Positions 1-11,352 of a stretch of DNA of 48,565 bases are shown here, piece by piece. The notes beneath the pieces are model-generated. The model was given only the letters and a program-made list of their open reading frames with translations, was not told the origin of the DNA and made no database searches. Every line of letters begins with the position of its first letter. Position 1 is the stretch's first letter. This DNA comes from Clostridia bacterium (GTDB lineage: Bacteria > Bacillota > Clostridia > TANB77 > CAG-508), in NCBI GenBank assembly GCA_051891435.1, contig JBJFFE010000037.1:1-48565 (forward strand), written 5' to 3'. The position numbers were made by a program, and so were the translations under genes.

Positions 1-80
1 GTGTACTAATTTTAGTTTTTGTAATTAGTCTTATTATCTTGATTGTGGCTAATATCAAATATAAAAAGAATAACACATAG
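1..80 (+). CDS. 3' end of a membrane protein, probably GerAB/GerKB-family germination permease (partial)
   Basis: Open hydrophobic frame VLILVFVISLIILIVANIKYKKNNT* ending at TAG 78-80, directly upstream of a Ger(x)C gene; family inferred from context. Confidence 0.5.
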   Translation, partial: VLILVFVISLIILIVANIKYKKNNT

Positions 81-95
81 TTTTTGGGAGTAAAA

Positions 96-1320
96 ATGAA
101 GTTTAAATATATAATGCTAATTTTAATTTTATTTTTTAGTTTGTTTTGTCTATCTGGTTGTTATGATGCTCGTGGCATTGAAACTTTTGCTTATGCAGTT
201 GCTATGGGCATTGATAAAATTGATAATGATACAATAAGATTGACAGTTCAATTTGCTGTCCCAACTGCATCAGATTCATCTTCTGCCTCTAGCTCGCAAA
301 CTAGTTCTTCTACTGTTATTGATGTTAATTGTTCTACTATTGATGCTGGAATTAGCTTAATTAATAGTTATATTAGTAAAAAAGTTAATCTCTCTCATTG
401 TAAAGCAGTTGTCATTTCAGAAGAACTCGCTTATGATGGTGTTGAAGATTATATTTATACTTTAGCTAATAGTGTTGAAATACGTCCAGATTGTTATATT
501 ATTATTAGTAGATGTGATGCATATACTTTTTTAGATAACTCCACTCCTACCCTAGAATCTGTTGCTGCCAGGTATTATGAATTGATTCTAAATTCTAATG
601 AGTATACCGGTTTTACTGAATCTATACATTTATCTGAATTTTATAATAGTATTTTAAGTACAACTTCTCAGGCAGTTGCAATTTTAGGCCGGAGTAAATA
701 CAAAAAAAACTCAAGATTCTATTTCAAATTCATCTACTTTAGATGAAAGTTATAAGGCAGATGAAACACCTATCGAAACTGAAAATAATATTGAAAATTT
801 AGGACTTGCTGTTTTTGTTGGAGATAAATTAGTAGGTGAGTTAGATAATATTGAAGCATTATCTCACTTAATCGTCTCTAACAAACTGCAAAATGCAACT
901 ATAACCATTCAAAATCCTTATGATTATAATACTGATATTTCTATTTACATTAGCCTTGCTAAGGATACTAAAAATACTGTAAAAATTATAAATGACTATC
1001 CCTATATTACCTGCAATGTTTCAATAAGTGGATATGTTTTAACTTTAGAAGATACTTTAGATCTATCAGATGAAGAAACTTTACAAACGTTAAATTCTGC
1101 AGTAAGTTCATATCTAGAATATTGTATTTATTCTTACTTATACAAAACTTCTAAGGATTTTGCTGCTGATATTGACAATTTCGGAAGATATGTTTTATCT
1201 GACTATTTAACCTTAGAAGAATGGGAAGCTTCAGATTGGCTTAATAACTATGAAAACTCTTTTTTTAAAGTAAATGTGGATGCTAATATTCTAAGTGGAT
1301 ATTTATTTAGCAATTTCTAA
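96..1320 (+). CDS. Ger(x)C-family spore germination lipoprotein, ~407 aa, one +1 recoding site at CGG 690-692
   Basis: Lipobox LSGC then YDARGIE..AVAMGID; frame 0 stops at 746, but the +1 frame from 691 is open for 209 codons (GLAVFVGDKLVGEL) to TAA 1318-1320 with no early start codon of its own. Confidence 0.85.
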
Positions 1321-1342
1321 ACTTATAATTTTGGAGGCATAT

Positions 1343-1520
1343 ATGAAATATTTGGTTTTAATTTTATCTATTATTGTTTTTATTAAAACTATTAGTTATG
1401 GTATTTATGAAATAAAAAAAAATAGCAACTTATCACGGTGGAATTTCCGTGATAATAATTGCCATATTTTCTTGTTTTTATCCAAATATTATTATTTATT
1501 TTAATGGAACTTCATATTAG
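1343..1520 (+). CDS. Small two-helix membrane protein, ~58 aa, +1 site at CGG 1436-1438
   Basis: GGAGG RBS before ATG 1343; recoded reading ...NSNLS-G-GISVIIIAIFSCFYPNIIIYFNGTSY* supplies a second hydrophobic helix. Confidence 0.6.
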
Positions 1521-1765
1521 ACTAAATATACTATTCCTAATACTATAGAAGACACTATAAACATTATTCCTAATATTATAGTCCATTTTTTTAGTCTTCC
1601 CTCTCTAGTCTTACCTTTATTTTTTTCATAAAAGCTATTTGATGAACTTCCTACTATTGTACTAGATGCACCCTCATCTTCACTATTTTGCATTAAACAT
1701 AATATAATTAATGCTATACAAATTATAACATGAATTACTATTAAAATTGTCTTCAAAATTTCCAT
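1517..1765 (-). CDS. secG: Preprotein translocase subunit SecG
   Basis: 82 aa, two TM helices, LMQ..EG..S..G linker, typical SecG layout. Confidence 0.85.
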   Translation of the reverse strand: MEILKTILIVIHVIICIALIILCLMQNSEDEGASSTIVGSSSNSFYEKNKGKTREGRLKKWTIILGIMFIVSSIVLGIVYLV

Positions 1766-1869
1766 TTACGTTCCTCCATTCGTAATTGTATATAAATCTC
1801 TACTTTTTCTATTAACTTTAATATTTTAGCATAAGTTATACTAAATTGCAATACATAAATTGGAGAAAT

Positions 1870-1898
1870 TTGCCTATTTGTTTTTTTTGTTATATAAT
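1870..1898 (+). promoter_or_regulatory. SigA-type promoter, likely giving a leaderless transcript
   Basis: TTGCCT-17 bp-TATAAT; ATG at 1905 lies 7 nt after the -10 with no RBS. Confidence 0.5.
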
Positions 1899-1904
1899 AT
1901 CCTT

Positions 1905-2763
1905 ATGAAAAATTTAATTGTTGATAAAAAATATAATAATAAGAAACTAAGTACCTTTTTGTTAGATAGTTTTGATGGTCTATCTATTAATACTTTATAT
2001 AAAGCTTTGCGCAAAAAAGATATTTTAGTAAATAATGCTCGAATTAAAGAAAATATTATCATTCATACTGGCGACAATATTACCATTTATATTACTGATA
2101 GTCTTTTGTTTAAAAGTATTCATTTAAATATTGTTTTTGAAGATGATAATATTTTAGTTGTAAATAAGCCATCTGGTATAGAAGTTGTAAACGATAAACC
2201 TTCTCAAAGCACATTAACTAGTATTTTACAAAAGCAAATCAGTCCTTCTATTTTTCCTTGTCATAGGTTAGATAGAAATACCACTGGTCTTGTTTTATTT
2301 GCCAAAAATGAAATTGCACTTAACATTTTATTTGAGAAATTTAAAAATAAAGAAATCTCTAAATTTTATAAATGTATGGTTTATGGTATTCCAAAAGAAA
2401 GTGAAAAAACTCTAGAAGCATATTTATTTAAAGATAATAAGAAATCTTTAGTGTATATTTATGATAAACCTCATCAAGGAGCTGTGAAAATTACTACTTC
2501 ATACAAGATTTTAGAAATTGATAAAAAAAATAATACTAGTGTTTTAGGAGTAAATCTTCATACAGGTAAAACTCACCAAATTCGAGCTCATTTAGCACAT
2601 ATTGGTTATCCTATTATTGGAGACCGGTAAATATGGCAAAAATGAAATTAATAAAAAATTTGGAAAAAGCACACAAGATTTATGTGCTTATAAGCTGGTT
2701 TTTAATTTTAAAACAGATTCTGGAATTTTAAATTATCTAAACGGGAAAAGCTTTGAGATTTAA
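1905..2763 (+). CDS. RluA/RluC-family 23S rRNA pseudouridine synthase, ~285 aa, +1 site at CGG 2625-2627
   Basis: S4-like N-terminus, VNKPSG, HRLDRNTTG, TGKTHQIRAH; recoding gives PIIGD-G-KYG and a C-terminus ending TAA 2761-2763. Confidence 0.9.
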
Positions 2764-2801
2764 AATCGTTTTTTGTTATGCTGTTAGTCATTTAATATAG
2801 A

Positions 2802-2940
2802 GTAGCGCAAAGGGTGCTTATATATTTTAAAAGCGACTTGTTCCGTGGGGACCGCCGTGGGCTGTTAAAGGCGTTAGCCTTGTTACAGCCCCGGTGGGAA
2901 GCAAGGAGCAATTTAAAATATATAACACCCTGGGAGCGGA
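2802..2940. repeat. Intergenic long-hairpin element, family A copy 1 (MITE-like)
   Basis: GC-rich core closely similar to the reverse complement of 9199-9348; arms TTATATATTTTAA / TTAAAATATATAA. Confidence 0.8.
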
Positions 2941-2965
2941 TTATTATTCGATTATCTTTAATTTT

Positions 2966-4102
2966 CTATTCCTCTTTTTCTTTTAATCTATTTTTATAAT
3001 CTATAAAATCCACTATCATCATTCTTATTACAGCTATTACAGGAACTCCTAAGAACATTCCCCATGCTCCAAAGTAAGAGCCTCCTACTGTTACTGCAAA
3101 TATTACAAGTAATGGACTTATTTTTACTGATTTTCCTGTTATTTTTGGGTTTATAATATTAGCATCAATTTGTTGTAATATTGTTACTAAAATCAACATT
3201 GTAATTGCTTGGTTAAGTCCTCCTGTAAGTAGTGTTATTATAGCAGCAATTATTACACCTACAATTGCTCCAAAATATGGTATTAGGTTTAATATACCTA
3301 TAAAGAAGCCAAGCAAAACTGCATATTTTACATGTATTATAGACATACCTATTGATGTGATAATTCCTACCACAAAACCGTCCAATAATTGTCCTGCTAA
3401 AAAATTAAAGAATATGGCATTTGTTTTATTAAAATATTTTTCTAAATTAGTATATGTATCTTTTTTAAATAAGGCTTTCCCCAATTTTTTTAAAAACCCT
3501 ATTATATCATCCCTTTGTCTTAATATATAAATTGAAACAATAATTGCTACAAATATATCAAATATTTTCGATGCTGCACTAATTGCACCTTTTGCATATT
3601 GTGCTATTTTCTCCATGTTTATAATATCTTTTAAGTCAATTTGTTTTAAAGTATTGAAAATTTCTATTACAAAGTCACTTTTTAATATTGAATCTTCTGG
3701 TAATTTTTCAATACTTGCCATTGTAATATTATAATATTCTTGGAAATTAGTTATTAAATCTGCCACACTATCTACAACAACTGGTATTATAACTTTGAAG
3801 AATAACAATAGAATAAGTAAAACAACTAAATAAACTATTACTATAGATAATGTTCTAGCTTTTTTTCTTAAAAAATTATTTTTCTTAGCTTTATTAAATA
3901 AATTTTCAATTTTCCTACATGGTGTATATAATAAATATGCAATTAAAATTCCTATAATAAATGGCATTAAAACTCCTAAAAGATTTCCAAACCATATACT
4001 AATTTCTGTAATGTTATCTAAAGTTTTATACACAGCTATAACAGCAACTGCAAATAAGAACCAATATAACCATTTTTTTACAGGTCGTTTTTTTTCTTCC
4101 AT
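2966..4102 (-). CDS. AI-2E family transporter
   Basis: Multi-TM protein with NLIPYFG, QQIDANIINPKI and GMFLGVP motifs; start placed at MEEKK after GGGGG RBS. Confidence 0.85.
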   Translation of the reverse strand: MEEKKRPVKKWLYWFLFAVAVIAVYKTLDNITEISIWFGNLLGVLMPFIIGILIAYLLYTPCRKIENLFNKAKKNNFLRKKARTLSIVIVYLVVLLILLLFFKVIIPVVVDSVADLITNFQEYYNITMASIEKLPEDSILKSDFVIEIFNTLKQIDLKDIINMEKIAQYAKGAISAASKIFDIFVAIIVSIYILRQRDDIIGFLKKLGKALFKKDTYTNLEKYFNKTNAIFFNFLAGQLLDGFVVGIITSIGMSIIHVKYAVLLGFFIGILNLIPYFGAIVGVIIAAIITLLTGGLNQAITMLILVTILQQIDANIINPKITGKSVKISPLLVIFAVTVGGSYFGAWGMFLGVPVIAVIRMMIVDFIDYKNRLKEKEE

Positions 4103-4130
4103 TTTTGTTCCCCCTATTAATTTATATGTT

Positions 4131-5924
4131 TTATTTAAATATTTCCTCAAATTCTTCTGCTGTTATTTTTTCTTTTTCTAGTAATACTCCTGCAACTGCA
4201 TGTAGTTTATCCATGTGTGATAATATTATTTCTTGAGCTTTTTTATATGCTTCATCAATTAGTTTTTTTACCTCTATTCCAACTACATTATCTATTTCAT
4301 CTCCAAAAGCATTAATCTCTGTTTTATCTTTTGAAGTTAAATCTATTGGACCTATAGTATCACTCATTCCATATTTTATAACCATATCTTTTGCAACCCC
4401 TGTTGCTACTTCTATATCGTTGCTTGCTCCTGTTGAAATATCATTTATTGCTATTTTTTCTGCTGCCCTTCCACCTAATAAAGCAATTAACTTTTCCTCC
4501 ATCTCGGTTTTAGATATATAATATTTATCTTCATTCGTTTTATACATTGTATATCCACCAGCAATTCCTCTTGGAATTATAGATACCTCTTTTACGTCTG
4601 ATTGTGTTGGTAAATACTTACTAACTACAGCATGTCCTGCTTCGTGGTATGCTGTTAGTTTTTTATCTTTATCTGATATTACTCTACTATGTTTTTCAAG
4701 TCCCACTGTTACTTTTTTTACTGCTTCTTCCAAATCTTCCATTGTTATTTCTTTATGTTTTTTTATTGTTGCAATAATAGCAGATTCATTTAGCACATTT
4801 GCAAGTTCTGCACCAGTAAAACCTGCTGTGTCTGTTGCAATTTCCTTTAAGTCTATTTCTGGTGATAATTTTTTATTGGCTGAATGTATTTTTAATATTT
4901 CTTCTCTTCCCTTCGCATCTGGTGCTGCTATTGTAATTTGTCTATCAAATCTTCCTGGTCTAAGTAACGCTTTATCTAGCATTTCCGGTCTGTTAGTTGC
5001 AGCAAGTACTATGACAGTCTGATCTGTTTCAAATCCATCCATTTCTACTAATAATTGATTTAATGTTTGATTATTTTCTGTTTCTGCACCACTTCCACTT
5101 GTTCTTCTTGAACCTATTGCATCTATTTCATCTATAAAAACAATACATGGAGATACTTTTTTTGCTTTATCAAATAATTTTCTAACTCTTGATGCTCCAA
5201 GTCCTGCAAACATTTCTATAAACTCAGAACCACTCATAGATATAAAAGGAACTCCTGCTTCTCCTGCAATTGCTTTTGCAATTAAGGTTTTTCCAGTTCC
5301 TGGCTTTCCATAAAGAAGTATTCCTTTTGGAATTTTTGCACCCATGTCCTGAAATTTTTTCGGTTCTTTTAAAAAGTTAACAATTTCTATTAACTCTGTT
5401 TTTTCTTCTTCTAGTCCTGCAACATCTTTAAATGTAACATTTGTATTTTTATGACTTTCTGCATCATATACCTTCCCTTTATCCCCCAAACCTTGCATTT
5501 GAATAATTAATAAGAACATTACTAATATTAAAATTGTTGGTAAAAAGCTAAGTAATGCTTCTCCAATTTTTAAAAATGTATTTACAGGCTTTTGAATTAA
5601 TTCTATATTGTTTCCTTCTTGTACTTTTTCTTGAATTAGTTCAATAAAAGCTTGTGTGCTTGGAACAATCGCTGTTTTTGCCTCTTCTTCAGTTTGCCCT
5701 TTTAAAGTTACTTTTACAGAAGTACTTCCTACTGTCATTTCTATTTTTTCTACTTCTTGATTATCTATTAATTTTATAAGTTCTGTATATGCTAAATCTT
5801 TTTCTTCTTCATTATTCTTTTTGTTGTTCATTATTATAATAGAACAAACTACTATGCATATTATAGCAACAATTGCTAATATTAAATAATATATTTTGTC
5901 ATTATTTTTTGGTTTGTCTTTCAT
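4131..5924 (-). CDS. ftsH: ATP-dependent zinc metalloprotease FtsH
   Basis: Two TM segments, Walker A GKPGTGKT, FIDEID, RPGRFDR, HEAGH zinc motif. Confidence 0.95.
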   Translation of the reverse strand: MKDKPKNNDKIYYLILAIVAIICIVVCSIIIMNNKKNNEEEKDLAYTELIKLIDNQEVEKIEMTVGSTSVKVTLKGQTEEEAKTAIVPSTQAFIELIQEKVQEGNNIELIQKPVNTFLKIGEALLSFLPTILILVMFLLIIQMQGLGDKGKVYDAESHKNTNVTFKDVAGLEEEKTELIEIVNFLKEPKKFQDMGAKIPKGILLYGKPGTGKTLIAKAIAGEAGVPFISMSGSEFIEMFAGLGASRVRKLFDKAKKVSPCIVFIDEIDAIGSRRTSGSGAETENNQTLNQLLVEMDGFETDQTVIVLAATNRPEMLDKALLRPGRFDRQITIAAPDAKGREEILKIHSANKKLSPEIDLKEIATDTAGFTGAELANVLNESAIIATIKKHKEITMEDLEEAVKKVTVGLEKHSRVISDKDKKLTAYHEAGHAVVSKYLPTQSDVKEVSIIPRGIAGGYTMYKTNEDKYYISKTEMEEKLIALLGGRAAEKIAINDISTGASNDIEVATGVAKDMVIKYGMSDTIGPIDLTSKDKTEINAFGDEIDNVVGIEVKKLIDEAYKKAQEIILSHMDKLHAVAGVLLEKEKITAEEFEEIFK

Positions 5925-5988
5925 ATTTGTCTCCTTTCATTTTCTTTATTATTTATCAGCCTACCTTTTGTATGATATCCAATATGTT

Positions 5989-6961
5989 TTATCCGTTATC
6001 AGGTTGGGGGTCTTGTGGAGATTTTTCTTTGTCTTCTCCGTTTCTTTTTGTCTTTTTCTTCTTTCTCTTTTTCCTCTTGTTTTTCTTCTTGCTTTTCTCT
6101 TTTTATTTCTTCTTTGACCTTTTTTTGTTCTTCTAAAACTGCTTGTAATTCTTGCATATTTTTTATTATGTCTGATTTCATAATTAATAATACTGTTATT
6201 AAATAAATATATGAAATTGCATTATATGCTAAATCAAAGTATTTAATAGTAGTTCCGAATAAAATATTTGCTACATTATATATTAAATATAATATTATAG
6301 GTAATGTCATTGCATATATTGATATTTTAAATAAATCTGCAAATTTAAATGCTGTTTTTATTAATATATTTATAATTAAACCTAATATAGAAAGTGTAAG
6401 TATATCTAATAATAATATTATAGTATATGTCATGAAGTTTGTTACAAACATTGTCATTCCTAAACTTACTAATAATATTGTTTTGTTTTGCGTTCCTAAT
6501 ATTTGAGATATATTCTCATTTGTAATTCCATTTAATTCACCATCTTGGTAATAAATATTTTGCGAAAGATTTCCAAATTTTATAATCATTTTATTTTTTA
6601 ATAAAATTAGTGAATTGTCATAATCTGTTTTTATATCTGCTGTTTCATTTTTATTCATTACTACTTGAAAATTTAAATCCTCAAAATAATACGTAAATTC
6701 ATCTTTTCCTTCTATGTTCAATTCATTATTGCTAATTGTAAATTTGGGAAATTCTTCTTTAAATACTTTTAAAAACTCCTCGGTATAATTGTTTAAAATA
6801 TAAACTAATGAAATTGTAATTACAAATGAAAATATAATTACTAATTTAAAAAAATACGAAAAAGCTTTTTTTAATGGTTCTTTTATAAATTTTTCATATT
6901 CATCAAATTTAAATATTGCTTTTTTTACTCTTGAAAAAAATCCTATTTTTGCTGATTCCAT
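5989..6961 (-). CDS. DUF1189-like membrane protein, ~323 aa, probable +1 site at CGG 6040-6038
   Basis: Four TM segments and a charged tail; triplet reading ends RRRQRKISTRPPT, recoded reading ends GEDKEKSPQDPQPDNG*, which matches the tail composition better. Confidence 0.6.
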
Positions 6962-7018
6962 ACTTTTTTCCTTTCTAAAATTAATGTTTTCTATAAAATT
7001 TTATTCTATTTATTCATA

Positions 7019-8119
7019 TTATTCATAGACTCTTTTTATCTTACTATCCACATACAATGGATTAACATTTATTCTTACTTTATCTCCAATATTAACATTA
7101 TCGTCTAAAATATCTATTGTCATGTGGTACATTCCTATTTTTCCTATTACATTATATTTTTTTTCATTAATAGTAACTCTTAAGCACTGTTTTGTGAACA
7201 AATTGTGGATTGTATGTTTTAAATTTCTAAGTTTATCCACAGTTCTAAACATATCTTCTCTTGCTCCCATATTATAACCATCTTTATAACCGATTGGGAC
7301 TATTGCCACATTGGTTTCTTTTTTAGTTTTATATGTGTTTAAATATCCCACATTAAAATCTTTAGGTAAAGTTTTTATCTCTGCGACTTGAGAATTTAGT
7401 TCTCCTATTTTTTTTAGTCCCGTGTAATTTGTTGCATCTACTCGCCCTAAAAAAGCCGAACCAATTCTTGCACAATTTAGTCTCATTTCCGGATAATTTA
7501 TAAATGCAGGAGAATTACATACATGTTTTAATTTTATTTTTATATTTTCTTTTTCTAATGCCTGTACAACTTGTACAAAATTTTCGAATTGTTGGATTGT
7601 AGATTTGTTATTTTTGTAATATGCTAAAGAAAAATGTGTAAATATTCCTTCAACTGTTATATTTTTATTTAGATTTTTTATTGTATTTATGATTAATTCT
7701 TTATTTTCATGTAAAAAACCATACCTTCCAAAGCCTGTATCAATTTTTATATGTGCCTTTATTTTTTTACCTTCTTCTGCTATATTATTAGCAAGTTCTG
7801 CACTTTCTTTTGAGCCAATTGTTATTGTAATGTTGTTTTCTACCATTTTCTCTATTTCTTCTTTTATTGCTGTGGAAGACATGTTCAAAATATTTATTTC
7901 TTTATTTATATTTCTTAATTCTATTGCTTCCTCAGTTGTAGCCACTGCAAGTGTAGTTATTCCATTTTCTATTAAAAAATTAGAATATTCTTTCAAACCT
8001 AAACCGTATCCATTGCCCTTTACTACTCCAATTATTGTATATTCATCAGTGTCTACTTGACTTTTTATTATATTTATATTATGCCTTAAATCATTTTTAT
8101 TTATTATTAATGTGTTCAA
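7019..8119 (-). CDS. alr: Alanine racemase family PLP enzyme
   Basis: GVVKGNGYGLG (PLP lysine), HIKIDTGFGRYG, GIFTHF, PIGYKDG. Confidence 0.85.
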   Translation of the reverse strand: MNTLIINKNDLRHNINIIKSQVDTDEYTIIGVVKGNGYGLGLKEYSNFLIENGITTLAVATTEEAIELRNINKEINILNMSSTAIKEEIEKMVENNITITIGSKESAELANNIAEEGKKIKAHIKIDTGFGRYGFLHENKELIINTIKNLNKNITVEGIFTHFSLAYYKNNKSTIQQFENFVQVVQALEKENIKIKLKHVCNSPAFINYPEMRLNCARIGSAFLGRVDATNYTGLKKIGELNSQVAEIKTLPKDFNVGYLNTYKTKKETNVAIVPIGYKDGYNMGAREDMFRTVDKLRNLKHTIHNLFTKQCLRVTINEKKYNVIGKIGMYHMTIDILDDNVNIGDKVRINVNPLYVDSKIKRVYE

Positions 8120-8120
8120 A

Positions 8121-9176
8121 TTATTTCCCTCTTATCTTAGTTTTTATTTCTGCTAAATTTTTGTATAATTTTTCGCTCATTTTGTATAATTTATATTTTA
8201 TAGGTTTAAAGTTTATATATACTTCTCCTACAAACTCTGTAAACTCTGCATTAAATCCTTTTTTAAATCTATATAATCCATAATGTGGATCTTTTTCATC
8301 TACTATTCCTGTTACACCTCTAAAATCATACATGTCTTTTCCATGTTCAATAGAATATTTTATCATTTCCCACTGTAATAAATAATTTGGCATTAAATTT
8401 CTATGTTCATTACTACTTGCTCCATATAAATACCATACTTTATTTCCATAGATTATATCTATAATTCCAGATACTGGTTGTCCATTATAATAAGCCATCA
8501 TTAGTTTTAAATGTTCTGGTGCTAACACATCATACATTTTTTCGAAATATGAAAGTGGTCTTATCATAAAATTATCTCTTTTCCCAGTTACTACCATAAT
8601 TTTATGAAAATCTTTTAAATCTTCTCTTGTTCCCTCTCTTATTTCTATTCCTTTTTTCGTGGCCAATCTTACATTGTATCTTGTTTTTTGATGAAATGCA
8701 GAAAATATTTCATCTTCTGTTTTTCCCTTTATATCTAATCTAAAAACATATCTTGGTTGAATTCCATCACTAAAGTTTTTGCCTTTATCATTTATTTTAA
8801 ATCCTAAACTTTTTATTATTTCCTTAAATTCTTCATCATCACTTTTTATATCTGGTTCCATTCTTAATGTAAATGCTTTATATTTTTTAGCCAATTCTTT
8901 TAACCCATCAGATAATTCTTTTAAAACTTTCTCATCATGGATATCACAAATTGGTCCTCTAGAAACATACATGAAATTACCAAATATAGGTATTTTTCTA
9001 ATTAATACACTAATTGCTCCTACAATATTTCCTTCTTTATCTTTAGCTAAGACTACTTCATTTGTCCAACTTTCTTTTACTTTGCCCCATTCTAATGATT
9101 GCTGAAAGTTGCATCTATCATGAGCTTCTAAAAATTCTTTGTATTTTTTTTCTTCTTCATTTGCTAATAATATCAT
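8121..9176 (-). CDS. FemAB/FemX-family peptidoglycan bridge aminoacyltransferase
   Basis: QSLEW, KTRYNVRLA, YLYGAS, YDFRG, GLYRFKKGF motifs. Confidence 0.85.
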   Translation of the reverse strand: MILLANEEEKKYKEFLEAHDRCNFQQSLEWGKVKESWTNEVVLAKDKEGNIVGAISVLIRKIPIFGNFMYVSRGPICDIHDEKVLKELSDGLKELAKKYKAFTLRMEPDIKSDDEEFKEIIKSLGFKINDKGKNFSDGIQPRYVFRLDIKGKTEDEIFSAFHQKTRYNVRLATKKGIEIREGTREDLKDFHKIMVVTGKRDNFMIRPLSYFEKMYDVLAPEHLKLMMAYYNGQPVSGIIDIIYGNKVWYLYGASSNEHRNLMPNYLLQWEMIKYSIEHGKDMYDFRGVTGIVDEKDPHYGLYRFKKGFNAEFTEFVGEVYINFKPIKYKLYKMSEKLYKNLAEIKTKIRGK

Positions 9177-9198
9177 TATTCCCTCCATTTTTTCCAAA

Positions 9199-9348
9199 AG
9201 TCCGCCAAATCTCGTCGGGGTTTATATATTTTAATTCGCTCATTGTTTCCCACCGGCGCTGTAACAAGGCTTTCGCCTTTAACAGCCCACGGCGGTCCCC
9301 ACGGAACAATTCGCTTTTAAAATATATAAAGCCCCTGCGTTTGGCTAC
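9199..9348. repeat. Intergenic long-hairpin element, family A copy 2
   Basis: Inverted copy of 2802-2940; apical stem AGGC-GAAA-GCCT on the minus strand. Confidence 0.8.
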
Positions 9349-9390
9349 CTTAGCATACAATTAATTAAAATCTAATGAATAATAAGAATT

Positions 9391-9873
9391 TTATAAATTC
9401 AATTCAATTTTTTTACCAGTAGGAACATATTGTGTATACTTCACGTGGCACATGTCTAGCATCTTTTTAGATGCCTTTACACTATCTGTATCTTTATACT
9501 TATCATCCATATATATTATCTCTTTTATTCCAGATTGAATTATTGCTTTTGCGCACTCATTACATGGAAATAGAGCCACATAAACTTTGCTTCCTTTTAG
9601 AGATGTTCCTGTATAATTTAGTATTGCATTTAATTCTGCATGACATACATATGGATATTTTGTATCTAATACGTTTCCTTCTCTTTCCCAAGATATGTCT
9701 TCATCAGAACATCCTATTGGAAATCCATTATATCCCATTGATAAAATCTTATTATCTTGGCTAACTATGCATGCTCCTACTTGTGAATTTGGGTCTTTGC
9801 TTCTTTCTCCTGAAAGAAGTGCAATTCCCATAAAATACTCATCCCAATTTATATATTTTTCTCTTTTTGGCAT
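9391..9873 (-). CDS. dCMP deaminase (ComEB family)
   Basis: WDEYFM, RSKDP, GYNG, HAELNAI, PCNEC zinc motifs. Confidence 0.9.
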   Translation of the reverse strand: MPKREKYINWDEYFMGIALLSGERSKDPNSQVGACIVSQDNKILSMGYNGFPIGCSDEDISWEREGNVLDTKYPYVCHAELNAILNYTGTSLKGSKVYVALFPCNECAKAIIQSGIKEIIYMDDKYKDTDSVKASKKMLDMCHVKYTQYVPTGKKIELNL

Positions 9874-9887
9874 ATTTTTTGCTCCTT

Positions 9888-11276
9888 TTATATTTTTTCG
9901 ACTGTCATTCCTTCTTTAGAGTCTTTAACTACATATCCTTTTTCCTTTAACTCATCTCTTATTGCATCTGATGTAGCCCAATCTTTATTTAATCTTGCTT
10001 GTTTTCTTTTTTCTAATAATTCCTTTATCTCTTCTGGCAATTCCTCTTCCTTTTTATAAATAGGTTCTTCTATTTTTATTCCAAGCACTTCATCAAATTT
10101 TAATAATAAATCTGCAAACTTCTTACTTTTTATAGGATTTTTTATAACATCCCATACCACACTCATAGCTACAGGCATATTTAAATCATCATTTATTGCT
10201 TCATGGAATTTATTTTCGTATTCTTCTATTTGTTTATCACTAGCATCCTCTGTTCCATTTTTGTGTTTTAAATATCCCTCTTTTAATCTTACTAATGCAC
10301 TTTGGCTACTAGCTAAAGCTTCCCAAGTAAAATTAAGCTTATTTCTATAGTGTGCAGTATAGCACATCATTTTAAAGCTAAGTGGATCATATCCTTTTTC
10401 CATTAAATCTGTTACCAAGTAAGCATTTCCTAAGCTCTTAGACATCTTTCCACCATCTATTAAAAGGTAATCACAATGCATCCAAAATCTTGCAGGAATT
10501 TTACCTGTTTCTCCTTTACTTTGGGCAATTTCATTTTCATGGTGAGTTGGAATTAAATCAATTCCTCCTGTATGTATGTCAAAAACCTCTCCTAAATACT
10601 TATTACTCATAGTTGAGCATTCTATATGCCAACCTGGATAAGCAAGTCCCCATGGGCTTTCCCACTTCATTATATGGTTTTCAGGTGCTTTTATAAATAA
10701 AGCAAAATCATATGGGTTTCTCTTTTCTTCATCTACTTTAACCCTTGCACCTGCTTTTTGATTTCTTACATCTATTCCTGATAACAATCCATATTTATCT
10801 AGTTTAGACACATCAAAGTATATTGCTGTTGAAGTTTCATATGCATATCCATTATCTAATAATTTTTGGACAAACTCTATCATTTCTTTTATGTGGTCTG
10901 TAGCTTTACAAATTATTTCTGGTTTATCTATATTTAATCTTTCAAAATCCTCAAAAAATTTCTCTGTGTAAAATTCAGCAATTTCTAGGGGTGTCTTTTT
11001 TTCTTGTTTTGCCGCTTTTATCATTTTGTCTTCACCCTCATCTGCATCTGAAACTAGGTGTCCTACATCTGTTATATTCATTGCATGTTTTAAATTATAC
11101 CCATTATATTTAAGTACTCTTCTTAAAGTATCCATGAATATATATGATTTCATATTTCCAATTGTTGCATCTTTATATACAGTTGGTCCACAAGAATAAA
11201 TTCTAACTGTATTTCCTTCTAGTGGATTAAATTCTTCTTTTGTCTTTGTCAATGTATTATAAAAGTATATTTTCAT
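9888..11276 (-). CDS. cysS: Cysteine--tRNA ligase
   Basis: [30 protein letters not shown]. Confidence 0.95.
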   Translation of the reverse strand: MKIYFYNTLTKTKEEFNPLEGNTVRIYSCGPTVYKDATIGNMKSYIFMDTLRRVLKYNGYNLKHAMNITDVGHLVSDADEGEDKMIKAAKQEKKTPLEIAEFYTEKFFEDFERLNIDKPEIICKATDHIKEMIEFVQKLLDNGYAYETSTAIYFDVSKLDKYGLLSGIDVRNQKAGARVKVDEEKRNPYDFALFIKAPENHIMKWESPWGLAYPGWHIECSTMSNKYLGEVFDIHTGGIDLIPTHHENEIAQSKGETGKIPARFWMHCDYLLIDGGKMSKSLGNAYLVTDLMEKGYDPLSFKMMCYTAHYRNKLNFTWEALASSQSALVRLKEGYLKHKNGTEDASDKQIEEYENKFHEAINDDLNMPVAMSVVWDVIKNPIKSKKFADLLLKFDEVLGIKIEEPIYKKEEELPEEIKELLEKRKQARLNKDWATSDAIRDELKEKGYVVKDSKEGMTVEKI

Positions 11277-11317
11277 TATTCCTCCTCTAAAAAATTATAG
11301 CATTTTTACATGTTTGC

Positions 11318-11340
11318 AGGTCGCTATCTATTAGCGACCT
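11318..11340. repeat. Short palindrome (REP-like or terminator)
   Basis: AGGTCGCTA-N5-TAGCGACCT just downstream of the PBP gene. Confidence 0.55.
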
Positions 11341-11352
11341 AAATATTCATTT

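Noticed and set aside
2814-2999. 61-aa ORF and its 67-aa look-alike at 9157-9360
   Set aside because: Their similarity comes from the family A repeat; no RBS or protein features
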